IMG/VR virus record: IMGVR_UViG_3300025066_000075 | Coordinates: 1 to 35,859 of that record | Length of the DNA stretch: 35,859 bases | Strand: one strand, 5' to 3' | DNA from: a virus | Taxonomy: Duplodnaviria; Caudoviricetes | Shown here: positions 24,648 through 34,598 of the stretch, in pieces | Layout: each line of letters begins with the position of its first letter | Numbering within the stretch: the first letter of the stretch is position 1 | The notes under the pieces: generated by a model | Databases searched by the model: none | Seen by the model: only the letters and a program-made list of their open reading frames with translations | Told to the model about the DNA's origin: nothing | Position numbers and translations under genes: made by a program

Positions 24648-25028
24648 ATGGACACACAAGACATAGTAGAATTATTTAAGGCCGGACACGCCGGACAAGC
24701 AGAATGGGAAGAAGACAGAAACCTAGACTTTATTGCTGAGCGACTACAAAAGCACATAGAAACAACCGTAGCCAGTGAATCATACATAAGTCCCGACAAC
24801 ATCAAAGTCGAGTTTTTAAGCCCGGCCCACAAAGTATTTGAAACCATATCCCAAGCCATAGGCAATTTGGTGTTTACCTCAGACGAGGACTACTTCGTAG
24901 CTCTGAGATATTTGGAAAAGCTCGGCAAACGCAAAGGCGCGTACCACCCGGAATACAGAAAAGTATTAACAGCACAGGAAGAAGCTTGGTACCAGGAGTA
25001 CGGTGCAATTAGTCCTAGGGAGATGTAG
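24648..25028 (+). CDS. hypothetical protein
   Basis: AAGGA RBS; coupled to the next gene. Confidence 0.6.
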   Translation: MDTQDIVELFKAGHAGQAEWEEDRNLDFIAERLQKHIETTVASESYISPDNIKVEFLSPAHKVFETISQAIGNLVFTSDEDYFVALRYLEKLGKRKGAYHPEYRKVLTAQEEAWYQEYGAISPREM

Positions 25029-25327
25029 TGGGAGAAATAACTCTAGTCTATTTTAACAAAGAAGACGCTGATTTTTTATCACACAGCACTTGCCTGTACT
25101 CACCAGAGGACTTTCATTTAGAGCTAGCCAGGGGAGAGCTCCCCAACGGTACCAGCAAACCGGTTATGCACTTCTACGAAGACCAAATTAGCGCGCTCAC
25201 AGCGTATAAAATTTTTGAAGAGCTTGGTATGGACGCGTGTTTGAGCACGGTAATGCTACAAGACAGCATGGAATGGGTGGTTATTGTAGACGACCCAAAA
25301 GAACACTCTAAGTTTCTAAGCAGCTAG
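25028..25327 (+). CDS. hypothetical protein
   Basis: GGAG RBS, TAGTG coupling. Confidence 0.55.
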   Translation: MGEITLVYFNKEDADFLSHSTCLYSPEDFHLELARGELPNGTSKPVMHFYEDQISALTAYKIFEELGMDACLSTVMLQDSMEWVVIVDDPKEHSKFLSS

Positions 25328-25488
25328 TCACAAACTCCACCAGCACAAGTAATATAGCTATCATCAACAAGACGTCCTTGTTCCATCGTCTCTTCTATTT
25401 TTCGGTGTAAAGCCTCCCCACGATAACCCTGGTTATACCAATATGAAGCCGCTTTTTCCTTAGATAAATCGTCTTCCGTAGTCCCCAT
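25324..25488 (-). CDS. small protein ending in CAGGVCD (54 aa)
   Basis: Not in the track: MGTTEDDLSKEKAASYWYNQGYRGEALHRKIEETMEQGRLVDDSYITCAGGVCD; its stop shares a CTAG with the convergent gene. Confidence 0.45.
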   Translation of the reverse strand: MGTTEDDLSKEKAASYWYNQGYRGEALHRKIEETMEQGRLVDDSYITCAGGVCD

Positions 25489-28400
25489 AGTTCAATACTT
25501 GATTCGTTGCTTTCTTAACCAGTCCCCCTTTCTGATAACCTTCCCAGCCTCCATATATTACAGCTGTCTCTCGCAGCGGTGCGATCTCTAGCGCAGTAAC
25601 TCTGGCTCCGCCAGCTACGTTATCTACCTCCTTAATTTCTAAGTCAAACGCTTCCGCAATCTTGTACGCCTCATTAAGAGCCGTTTTGTAAGAAGTGGGA
25701 GGAGCTCCACCATACCCGCCATCAGGAATATAGATGTGAGTAATGTCTGGATCGTGTTGCAGAGTCTTGACAATAGCAGCCTGTAATACAGCTTTGGGCC
25801 AGTTCGCTTTTAGCGGATAGTCTGGACGTATGTCGGCTGGTCTAACTTGGGATCCATCGAACGTCTTCTTGGCGTCGTTGTATTCCTTATAAGAAGGCGC
25901 CTTATTCTCCATAAAAGGCAAAGCAATTTCCGCTAGCCCAGGAACTTCGACTAAAGCTTTTCTAAAAATCTCGGTGTTTTCAGCAACAAAATCGTTCTTT
26001 TTATTGGCAGCAACGTTTATAAGAGTGTTTCTGGCCAGAGAAATCGCGTCTTCCATCGTAGCCACAACTTCAGGGTCTTCCATGAACGCTTGGTCCAAAA
26101 GCCTCATATCAACAAGCTTCTGTCTCCATCTTGGCGAACCCAGCCAAAATGAACTATCTACCCCCCGTTTTACATCTTGAAGAAACTCCTTTGTTTGATT
26201 TTCCGTTAGGTTAAGGCCCATGGACGCTAAAGGCTGTGTTCGCTGGAAAGCCTCCACCGCTATATCAAAAGCCACCGGACCGATCTCGTTTTCAGCAAAC
26301 CTATCTGCTGCTTGTTGAAAAGCTTTTGCTTCATCCTTGCTTATAATCTCTCGGCGCCGAAACAGCTCAGCTATATCTTCAGGGAAAACAGGGGTTTTTG
26401 TTCTAGCCATGTCCTCTTGAAAACGAACGCCGGGAAAAGCAGACTCATAACTCCTTGTTCCCATTGGCTCTTTAGGTAGAAAAGGCTCTAAAATCGTTTT
26501 ACCCAACAGAGCCTGAGTGACTGCTGTTCGTGAATAGTCCCTTGTTTCGTTGCCTATTACCGCTTTCCAAGCGTTCTCTATTTTCGAGCCCTCTCGGTAC
26601 TGTTCTTTTTCTTTTTCGGTCATCCCTTCCCGGTCTCTAACATGTGATTGGTATGTTTCGCTGTAATCTGGGTCCTGAGTATGCCCGTGTAGTCTTGATT
26701 GTATTTCTGCTAAAACTGCACCTTTGGCGTTTTGGTACTTTTCATCAATGTGCGAAAACATGCCGCCTCTAAACCAAGCAAGCGTACTGGGGTCTGTCCA
26801 AGCGTGCATGCGGTCTCCATCATCATAAACAGCGGGATCGGTTTTTTTACGCGCTGCTTTGTGCTCTACCCAGTTTCTCAGCTTCTCTAAAAAGCCCGTG
26901 TCTTGGTCCAAGTTTGCTTCATCAAGAGCGATTTGTTCTTTGGTTCTATTGGTAATCTCTGGAGTGTAGATCAGCGGCATTTCTAAGTCTTCTCCCAACC
27001 TACGCAAGTTATCGGTTCCCTCCCCTGTAAACTGAGAAAGCATGTGGGAAGTACCGTGCCTAGGCTTATAAGGCTCTAAGGCTCTATCGGACACATCTTT
27101 GGGTGGTGTAAGAATGTTAATAGCTGGAGCCAGGTCTAAATACCCTTTCATTTTATTCTCTATCCTTGGTTCCACGACATCAACCCACTCATCAGCAAGG
27201 CGTTCATCTGTTCGTGGATCGCCAATGCCCTCATAGCCGTCTGGAAGAATCTCCGATTTCTTGATCTCCTCTTTTTTTATTTTGTTGTATATTTTTCCTA
27301 AGTAAGTGTCTGGGTCCAATTGGTGTACATCAGTATCGATCACAAAGTCGGGGTGTTGCCTACTTCCCTCTAGTGGACCAAAAGACCTGGGTATTGCCAT
27401 AGCCTCGGCCACATTGTTCCTTGCTCCTTTAAGGACTAACTGTTGGCGAACAGCGTCGTCTGGCGTAACAAGCCCTGCGTTGCTAGAAAGCAAGACGGAC
27501 TTAAAGTTGCTACGGTGGTTGTTATAAACGTCCAAGACTTCTTGTTTAGTAGCAGTGCCAGGTTTATCCTTAGTGCCAGAGTTTATCCTATCCTGCAAAA
27601 ACTCCGCTACTCCCGATTCAATCGCTTGTCTTGCAATCGCGGCCTTGTGTTTCATTGGGTTAGTTGCCTGAAAATCACCGTGTTGTCTCCCTTCCGTGCT
27701 TCCTGGAGTCTTAACATACAGCCAACGCAGCATCTCGGCAGCAGGAATAGGCTGGTTGTTTACAAGTTTTTTTGGGAAATCTACTCTGTGGCTCTCTTTC
27801 TCCCACCGTCCTTCTAGGTGCTGAATTAAAGGGCTATAGGACATAAAGGTAGGATCAAGGGGACCTTTTGGAGCGTCTCTCATAAAGCCGATTTGCGGAT
27901 CGCTATAGACCTGGTGAACAGAGCCTAAAGGAAAGACATTGTACCCCAAAGTAGATCCACCAGCTGTGAGGGGAAAAAGTTCGGGTGTAGTTTGCCAAAG
28001 AGCGTCTCCCCCATAGGGAACATTCGTCCCTTCAAAACGACCTGCCTCTAAAGTAGCTGTAAAATCTCCTTGGTAGGCATCAGCTTTATTTTTTGCAAAA
28101 GTTTCGACTGTGGGCAAATCAAAAAAATCTAGGCTTTCGAGTTCGAGAGGGCTATAGTCATGGTCGATGCTTTCCATGTCTATAGTGTATTCGGCAGGAG
28201 CTCTTTCTAGTTCGTCGATAACATCTCTAAAAAGCCTCTTTTGGTCTTTTTTATTTAAACCGAGCCCCGTGATTACTTCTTTTATAGTCCCCAGCTCTTC
28301 GTCCACCTTTTGCATCAAACCATCTTCACCCAAATACTCCTGAACCCTTTCGTCGTTATACTCCGTAGAAAGGATTTTTCGTGTAAACGTATCTACTTCC

Positions 28401-29458
28401 AAAGGAGACATAGCCTCGGCAAGGTTTGGCACTTTTTCCTGCAACAAAACCTTTTTTTCAGCCTCGCCTTTTCTTATAAGCTCTTGCATCTGTGGGAACC
28501 CTTTTTCCCTGGTTTCTTTTTTCTCTGTCAGGGTTTTCTCTGCACTTTTTTTGCTTCTTGCCGCCGTGATACCTAGTTTCTCCGCCCCAGCCTTTACCGC
28601 CGCTTTAGCTGTGTCTGTGCCCGCTTGGGTAACTCCGCCTGCGCCAGCGCCCAACAGCATTTCTCCACGCGCTGCTTTGTGTTCTAGCCCCTGTAAATAT
28701 TGACCTAGACGGGAAAAGTCAGTATAAATTTGGTCTGGATCATAGCGTGATATTAACCCGTCCCTCTGTTCTTGTGTCATATCAGCGCCTTTTACACCTG
28801 TACGCACCAGGTCTTTGTAGGGCTTAGTTCCTAATGTACCACCAACTTGTTCCGTGTAAGCTTGTGCCCATTCGGTGCCTCCTTCCGACGCTGCTGCTTT
28901 TGCCGCTCTTTTCCCGGCTTGCCCTGCTTTGCCGATGTTATTAAGCACTCCCACATTTCTAATACCAACAGCGTTTAGAGCCCCTGAAAAAGCAGACGCG
29001 CCTAGTGCGCCTTTCCAATCGTCCCAAGTGGGTTCTTCCCTATCATTATTTCTGGCTCTTTTATAGGCAATGGGTCCAGCAAGCTGTACGGCTTCAAACA
29101 AAGCGGGGCCTAATAAAGCGCCAACAACAGCTCCATAAGGGTTCATTGTTGCGGCTCCTCCAAGCGCCCCGCCTACAACCCTAGTCGCTATACTTCCAGC
29201 AATCTGTCCCCCTTGTTCAATTAAAGCTCTTGGAAAATGCTCCCAGTTGTGGTCCCACCAAGCTTCAGACTGGGCGTTTACAAACTTCCCAGCTGCGGCT
29301 TCGTAGTTCTCTGGTGTTTCGACCATATCACGCAAAAAATCCTCCCAGCCCTCCATGCCGAGAGCCTGAAAAGTGGTTGCCATGTTCTCCAGAGGCTGAT
29401 CGAAAGCATGTATAAAAGCCGAAGATAAACTGGTGTCTTTAGTAGGGGATGTTGCCAT
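25460..29458 (-). CDS. large probable internal virion / DNA ejection protein
   Basis: ~1330 aa; Gly/Ala-rich hydrophobic N-terminal segments; LAEIQS and P.K.NW...L...I motifs; C-terminal YQKGGLV; likely start MATSP at 29458. Confidence 0.6.
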   Translation of the reverse strand: MATSPTKDTSLSSAFIHAFDQPLENMATTFQALGMEGWEDFLRDMVETPENYEAAAGKFVNAQSEAWWDHNWEHFPRALIEQGGQIAGSIATRVVGGALGGAATMNPYGAVVGALLGPALFEAVQLAGPIAYKRARNNDREEPTWDDWKGALGASAFSGALNAVGIRNVGVLNNIGKAGQAGKRAAKAAASEGGTEWAQAYTEQVGGTLGTKPYKDLVRTGVKGADMTQEQRDGLISRYDPDQIYTDFSRLGQYLQGLEHKAARGEMLLGAGAGGVTQAGTDTAKAAVKAGAEKLGITAARSKKSAEKTLTEKKETREKGFPQMQELIRKGEAEKKVLLQEKVPNLAEAMSPLEVDTFTRKILSTEYNDERVQEYLGEDGLMQKVDEELGTIKEVITGLGLNKKDQKRLFRDVIDELERAPAEYTIDMESIDHDYSPLELESLDFFDLPTVETFAKNKADAYQGDFTATLEAGRFEGTNVPYGGDALWQTTPELFPLTAGGSTLGYNVFPLGSVHQVYSDPQIGFMRDAPKGPLDPTFMSYSPLIQHLEGRWEKESHRVDFPKKLVNNQPIPAAEMLRWLYVKTPGSTEGRQHGDFQATNPMKHKAAIARQAIESGVAEFLQDRINSGTKDKPGTATKQEVLDVYNNHRSNFKSVLLSSNAGLVTPDDAVRQQLVLKGARNNVAEAMAIPRSFGPLEGSRQHPDFVIDTDVHQLDPDTYLGKIYNKIKKEEIKKSEILPDGYEGIGDPRTDERLADEWVDVVEPRIENKMKGYLDLAPAINILTPPKDVSDRALEPYKPRHGTSHMLSQFTGEGTDNLRRLGEDLEMPLIYTPEITNRTKEQIALDEANLDQDTGFLEKLRNWVEHKAARKKTDPAVYDDGDRMHAWTDPSTLAWFRGGMFSHIDEKYQNAKGAVLAEIQSRLHGHTQDPDYSETYQSHVRDREGMTEKEKEQYREGSKIENAWKAVIGNETRDYSRTAVTQALLGKTILEPFLPKEPMGTRSYESAFPGVRFQEDMARTKTPVFPEDIAELFRRREIISKDEAKAFQQAADRFAENEIGPVAFDIAVEAFQRTQPLASMGLNLTENQTKEFLQDVKRGVDSSFWLGSPRWRQKLVDMRLLDQAFMEDPEVVATMEDAISLARNTLINVAANKKNDFVAENTEIFRKALVEVPGLAEIALPFMENKAPSYKEYNDAKKTFDGSQVRPADIRPDYPLKANWPKAVLQAAIVKTLQHDPDITHIYIPDGGYGGAPPTSYKTALNEAYKIAEAFDLEIKEVDNVAGGARVTALEIAPLRETAVIYGGWEGYQKGGLVKKATNQVLNYGDYGRRFI

Positions 29459-29473
29459 ACCCTTATAATACAC

Positions 29474-29728
29474 CTAATGCTTGGTTGAGAAAAGTCCTTG
29501 GTCCGGCGTCGTTTCCATAATGAACGTGGTCAACTGCACCAGCATCTCTTTGTCTAAATCAGAACTGTTTGTTATAGAAGACAACAAGACCACCAGAGCT
29601 GTAGCCATTTCCCAGGGAGAAACCTCCTCTTTTTCATAGTGTTTTTCCAGTATCGGATACATGTCCGCAATAATGTCGTCCACTGCTGTTTGCGTGGTCG
29701 GATGTTTTAAGTATTTTTTAAAGGCCAT
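29474..29728 (-). CDS. hypothetical protein
   Basis: Fills the gap between the helicase and the large gene. Confidence 0.55.
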   Translation of the reverse strand: MAFKKYLKHPTTQTAVDDIIADMYPILEKHYEKEEVSPWEMATALVVLLSSITNSSDLDKEMLVQLTTFIMETTPDQGLFSTKH

Positions 29729-29741
29729 GCTTCATTGTATC

Positions 29742-31199
29742 CTATTTAAACCAGTTGCGTACTTCTCCAAGTATCTCATTACTAATTTTAACCTTACTTA
29801 AAAGGTTTTGGAGAATTTTTTCGTCAACCGTGTTTTTAGACACGAGATCAATATAAGTACAGCTTTTGTCTTGTCCGATTCTGTGGATCCGGTCTTCTGC
29901 TTGCACCCTTAGCTCTAGGTCATAGGAATTAGAGTAAAAAATCATGGTGCTGGCTTCAGTTAAAGTAATACCACGACCCCCTGTCTGTGGATTAGAGATA
30001 AAGTATCTGAGCTCGCTCTCAGGATCTTGAAACTTATCAATAATTTTTTGTCTATTATCTTGTGGAGTCTTGCCATAATAAGAGGCCACCGCTTCTTTAC
30101 CGAATTTTTCAGCGATAGCCTTTTCTAATTGTTGTATATCAGTTTGAAACACAGCAAAAATAACTACTTTCCCTGTTGTTTCTTCTAATAGGTCAATAAC
30201 TGTGCGTACTCTATTGTTTTTCAAGACAATAGTTTCGCCTTCCTCATTACGCAGACTGCCTGCGACCACTTGCTGTAAACGCATGATCTGTGTCAGCACG
30301 TTCATGGTGCTAAATACTTCGTCTTCTAAGATCATCAACGCTTTTTGTTTCATGGTGCCGTAGGCTTTCTTTTGCTCATCACTAAGCTCAACATAGCGCT
30401 TTACATACACCTTCTCTGGCAGGTCTAAGCACTCGTCTTTTGTTTTACGAATTGAAAAGTCTTTGATGGATTCTTGTAGTTCTTCCAGCTTTTGAAAGCC
30501 AACAATTTGCTGGAAAGAATGTGCTCCCATTCTGCGTGCCTGGGTGATCGCATACCTTGCACTAAATGCGTAGTAACTGCTAAAGCCCAAAAGATTCGGC
30601 GACAGAAAATAACATTGTGAGTACAGGTCAAGAGGGGCTTTAGTAATGGGAAATCCTGTTAGGATTCTTCGATAATCAGCAAGAGGAGCTAGTTTAATTA
30701 AATGTCTTGTTCTCTTAGCTTTCGGATTCTTTATCGTAGTGGATTCATCAACAGCCATCATTACATCATGCGTTACTAAAAACTCTTCTACAAACTTACA
30801 GGCTTTAACAGTTGCAAAAGCCTCTACGTTTACTAAGAAAATGTTTAAAACACCGTCACTGTCTTCTCTAACCATTTTCTCATAGTCCTGGGTCCATCGT
30901 TGAGTGTGGTTTGGCTGCCATACCAGGACATTTCTTTCTATTTGATCAGGCAAATGCTTGCTGATCTCATGTGTATCCCAGTTTCTTAAATTACCTTTTG
31001 GTGTTACAATAAGCAGACCAGTTATTTTTCCTTGCTCGAAAAGTATCCCGGCATTATCCAAAAGTATCTTGGACTTACCGAGTCCCATTTCAAGGAAAAG
31101 TGCATAGAGGTTTTTGTGAGCACTCCTGGCAAGAGTTTCGGTCTGGTGTTCGTAAGGCTCGGTTTTATAGTTGTACGTTCTTATATCCATTCTTTTCAT
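29742..31199 (-). CDS. SNF2-family (SF2) DNA helicase
   Basis: PYEHQ, EMGLGKS, VDESTTIKN, ILTGFP, GG.GITLT, QAEDRIHRIGQ. Confidence 0.9.
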   Translation of the reverse strand: MKRMDIRTYNYKTEPYEHQTETLARSAHKNLYALFLEMGLGKSKILLDNAGILFEQGKITGLLIVTPKGNLRNWDTHEISKHLPDQIERNVLVWQPNHTQRWTQDYEKMVREDSDGVLNIFLVNVEAFATVKACKFVEEFLVTHDVMMAVDESTTIKNPKAKRTRHLIKLAPLADYRRILTGFPITKAPLDLYSQCYFLSPNLLGFSSYYAFSARYAITQARRMGAHSFQQIVGFQKLEELQESIKDFSIRKTKDECLDLPEKVYVKRYVELSDEQKKAYGTMKQKALMILEDEVFSTMNVLTQIMRLQQVVAGSLRNEEGETIVLKNNRVRTVIDLLEETTGKVVIFAVFQTDIQQLEKAIAEKFGKEAVASYYGKTPQDNRQKIIDKFQDPESELRYFISNPQTGGRGITLTEASTMIFYSNSYDLELRVQAEDRIHRIGQDKSCTYIDLVSKNTVDEKILQNLLSKVKISNEILGEVRNWFK

Positions 31200-31258
31200 A
31201 TCCTTTGTTCTTTCTTAAAATATTTCTTGCAATCTATTCTACATATAGTATATGATTA

Positions 31259-31570
31259 GTGCAAGCTATGAATAAGGGACGAAGAACAACAGTAAAATTA
31301 GAAATCTGTAGTGACAGGAAAAATCGCTGGTTTATAAATTTTGCTCCTTTTGAAAAAAACGGAGAGTCTTTAGGCCCTTTTGCTAGTTTAGACGAAACTT
31401 TGAGGTACGTTTACAAAGACTTAGACGTACCGGAAGGAAAAGTTGAAATTGTCGAAGTAAATAACGAAGGACTAATTTTTTTCATACCAGATTTTGAAAT
31501 AAACTATAAAAAAAAGAAAGAACGAGTACCGGATAACGTAACACCTATAAATAAGGGGAAGAAAAAATGA
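31259..31570 (+). CDS. hypothetical protein (start uncertain)
   Basis: ATGA coupling to the next gene; divergent from the helicase. Confidence 0.5.
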   Translation: MQAMNKGRRTTVKLEICSDRKNRWFINFAPFEKNGESLGPFASLDETLRYVYKDLDVPEGKVEIVEVNNEGLIFFIPDFEINYKKKKERVPDNVTPINKGKKK

Positions 31571-32136
31571 AGATAAACGAAATGTTTGAAGAAAACATCA
31601 AAAAAGCAGTTGAGGACATGGACGAATCTGCTATAAAAAGTCTAAGTAAGTTGTGTCACGACCTACTGGTCCTAGAGGGAGAAATAGGAAACACAGAAGA
31701 GCGGCTGAGAAAAGTTAAATCTCAGCATAAAGAACTTTCTGAACAAACTATTCCAGATAAATTAGCTGAACTCGGCGTTGCTGATCTAAAACTTAGCGAC
31801 GGCTCACGAATTTCAGCGGATCCATTTTATAGTGCACGCATTACTGCCGCCAACCTGGAGGCAGCGCACGATTGGTTAAGAGATAACGGACACGGGGACA
31901 TTATAAAGAACACCCTAACCGTTTCTTTTGGTCAAGGCGAAGATGCGGACGCTTCGAGATTGGTAGAACTGCTTGCGAAACAAGGCTACTTGCCGGAAAC
32001 GAAACAAGCTGTTCATCCAAGCACCCTTCGAGCATTTGTAAGAGAAATGATCGAGTCGGGTAATTCATCGTTTGATGTGGACATACAGAAGAAATTCTCT
32101 GTGTACACAGGCAAACGCACAAAAATAAACCGTTGA
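31567..32136 (+). CDS. conserved phage replication-module protein
   Basis: IP....E.G...LKL.DGS, A..WLR.NG.GD.IKN...VSFG.GED, VHP.TL.AFVRE. Confidence 0.7.
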   Translation: MKINEMFEENIKKAVEDMDESAIKSLSKLCHDLLVLEGEIGNTEERLRKVKSQHKELSEQTIPDKLAELGVADLKLSDGSRISADPFYSARITAANLEAAHDWLRDNGHGDIIKNTLTVSFGQGEDADASRLVELLAKQGYLPETKQAVHPSTLRAFVREMIESGNSSFDVDIQKKFSVYTGKRTKINR

Positions 32137-32156
32137 ACGAATAAAGAGGAAAGAAT

Positions 32157-32945
32157 ATGGCAACGAAAAAAGGTAATGGGAAATCTATAACATCCCTATT
32201 TGAAAACATCGAAGAAAAAGGTTTCGGAGATGTGGGCACAGAAGACCTTCGCACACCACGTTTGAGTATAGTCCAGGCATTGTCTCCACAGAGACAAAAA
32301 ACGTCTAGTGACTATAATCCAGACGCGGAAGAAGGCGATTTGTATTACAGTGGAACCAACGTCATCTTTAATGGCGATGAAGGTCTCCTGTTTCTACCAG
32401 CTTACTACACCAAAACTCTAGTTGAGTGGGGGTTGCGTGAGAAAGGTGGAGGCATAAAAGCTGTGCATCCCGCAGACTCTGATCTTTTGAATCGGTGCCA
32501 ACGCGATGGCCAAGGAAGACTAATCACTCCAGGAGGGGAAACCCAACTGACAGTGACAGCCAACCATTATGGCTACGCGCTCGTTGATGAGGCACCCCAA
32601 AAGTGTGTTATCAATATGACAGGATCGCAACTAAAACACTCTCGTGCTTGGAACACAATGATCCAAGGAACGAAACTAAAGGGTGTCAAGGGGATGTTTA
32701 CTCCTCCTGCATACTCTCACTGGTATCGTTTGAACACCCAAGTCGAGTCCAATGATCGTGGTACATGGTATAGCTACAGTATTACACAGGAGCGGATGCT
32801 CAAGGAAGACGAAAAAGATCTTTTCAGTGAAGCTGAAGAGTTTTCTAAATTCGTTGCCAAGGGCGGAATGGACCAATTGAGTGGACAGAGTAAAGGTAGC
32901 AAACCTGCGTTAGAACAATCTAAAAAAGATTGGGAAGACGACTAA
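32157..32945 (+). CDS. putative single-stranded DNA-binding / recombination protein
   Basis: DL..P.L.I.Q.LSPQ, M..SQLK.SR.WN, N..G.WY...I; acidic C-terminal tail DWEDD. Confidence 0.55.
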   Translation: MATKKGNGKSITSLFENIEEKGFGDVGTEDLRTPRLSIVQALSPQRQKTSSDYNPDAEEGDLYYSGTNVIFNGDEGLLFLPAYYTKTLVEWGLREKGGGIKAVHPADSDLLNRCQRDGQGRLITPGGETQLTVTANHYGYALVDEAPQKCVINMTGSQLKHSRAWNTMIQGTKLKGVKGMFTPPAYSHWYRLNTQVESNDRGTWYSYSITQERMLKEDEKDLFSEAEEFSKFVAKGGMDQLSGQSKGSKPALEQSKKDWEDD

Positions 32946-32951
32946 GTAAAC

Positions 32952-32991
32952 GGCGCTCCTTTCCTTTGCGGGGGCTCAGGGAAGGGGCGTT
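32952..32991 (+). terminator. GC-rich hairpin between the SSB-like and primase genes
   Basis: GGCGCTCCTTTCCT...AGGGAAGGGGCGTT; weak U-tract. Confidence 0.4.
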
Positions 32992-33008
32992 ACAACTGAA
33001 GGAGATGA

Positions 33009-34598
33009 GTGGAAAATACAGCGGAAAAGCTTATGCAGATTTTCTCCGGTTTAGAAAGAGCACATGGAATCTATGAAATAACCGGAAAACAAAAGAACAC
33101 AGAAAAGGGAATTAAAAAAGAAGGTAGAGGCAGAACATTACACGAACCATTAACTATTGAGCTATGGAAACATCACTTGGCGGGTAATCTATCTTTGGGA
33201 GTTGTCCCCTTAACTGATAACGAGACTTGTTCTTGGGGATGTATCGACGTTGATGAATACCCAATTAACACAAAGGAAATCTTAAAAACAATCAGGGACA
33301 TGAAACTGCCCCTTGTGCCTTGTATGACAAAATCAGGTGGGGTACATCTTTTTCTATTTACTAAAAAGCCCATAGCAGCTTTTAAACTCCAAAACAAACT
33401 AGAAGAAATAGCCGCCTCAATGGGAAGAACAGGAGACGAAATCTTTCCCAAACAATACGAATGGTCTAAGCAGTTGCCACAAGAAAAGCAAACCGGAAAC
33501 TGGCTTAATATGCCTTATTTTGCTGGAGAGGACACTACTCGGTATGCCCTCAATGCAAAAGGAAACGCTGCCGGACCAGAAGAGTTTATTAGAATTGTTA
33601 AAAGAAGAGCAGTTAGCGAAGAAGAATTAGATGCTTTTGTTCCAGTACGCAAAGGCCGGAAAAAGCAACTAAACGGAAACGGCTTGTGGGACGAGGCGCC
33701 CCCTTGCCTGGTGCACATGAAACTTAATGGTGTCCCAGAAGGTACGAGAAACAACGCTCTATTAAACTACGGCGTGTTTCTTAGAAAGGTTTTTCCAGAA
33801 GGAGAAGAGTGGAAAGATAAACTACAAGAGGTTAATAAAACAGCTTGCACAAGACCTTTGTCTCATAGCGAACTTAATACAATTATTCAAAGCCTAGAAA
33901 AAACAGAATACAGATACCAGTGCAAGAAGGCGCCTCTGGTTAATTTTTGTCAAAGCGGTATTTGTATAACCAAAAGACATGGCATTGATGCGTCACAAAG
34001 AGAACCCGTTTATGGAGGCCTGAGAAAATATATGACGGACCCACCTCTTTGGCACTTGGACGTTGATGGAAAAACTATTGTTTTAGAAACCAAACAACTA
34101 CACAACTTTTCTTTATACCAACAAAAATGTATGGAAGTTTTAAACGCCTGTCCACCTGACAAGAAAAAATCAGATTGGGTAGCACAGCTTAATAAATGGC
34201 TACAAGAAGTACAGATTGTAGATGTTCCATCAGACATGACCAAGAAGGGTGTTCTAAACGAAGCAATACTAGAGTTTTGTAGACTTTCAGAGTCAGCTTC
34301 AAGATTAGCTGTTGTATCAGCAGGAGTTTATAGGCACGAAGAAGAAGGAAAAAAAGAGTGGTGGTTTACTGGACGAGATTTGGTTGTGTTTATACAAGAG
34401 TTTAAAAAGATGAGAAACATAAAAGAAGCAGAAGTGTTTACCCGACTAAAAGAAGTGGGGGCTGTTAACTCTTCCAAATGGATTGATAAATCAGTAGGAA
34501 ACAAAAAAGTATGGGTCATGGATGTAAAAGAAATAGACGAGGACAGCATTTCCCCAGAAGAGTTTAGAGTGCCAACGGAGGAAAAACCATGGGAATAA
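33009..34598 (+). CDS. archaeo-eukaryotic-type primase(-polymerase) with PriCT domain
   Basis: F.GLERAHG, WGCIDVD (DxD), TKSGGVH.F, EIFPKQ, GN.LN.PY, PPCL, EG.RNN.L.N.G. Confidence 0.8.
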   Translation: MENTAEKLMQIFSGLERAHGIYEITGKQKNTEKGIKKEGRGRTLHEPLTIELWKHHLAGNLSLGVVPLTDNETCSWGCIDVDEYPINTKEILKTIRDMKLPLVPCMTKSGGVHLFLFTKKPIAAFKLQNKLEEIAASMGRTGDEIFPKQYEWSKQLPQEKQTGNWLNMPYFAGEDTTRYALNAKGNAAGPEEFIRIVKRRAVSEEELDAFVPVRKGRKKQLNGNGLWDEAPPCLVHMKLNGVPEGTRNNALLNYGVFLRKVFPEGEEWKDKLQEVNKTACTRPLSHSELNTIIQSLEKTEYRYQCKKAPLVNFCQSGICITKRHGIDASQREPVYGGLRKYMTDPPLWHLDVDGKTIVLETKQLHNFSLYQQKCMEVLNACPPDKKKSDWVAQLNKWLQEVQIVDVPSDMTKKGVLNEAILEFCRLSESASRLAVVSAGVYRHEEEGKKEWWFTGRDLVVFIQEFKKMRNIKEAEVFTRLKEVGAVNSSKWIDKSVGNKKVWVMDVKEIDEDSISPEEFRVPTEEKPWE

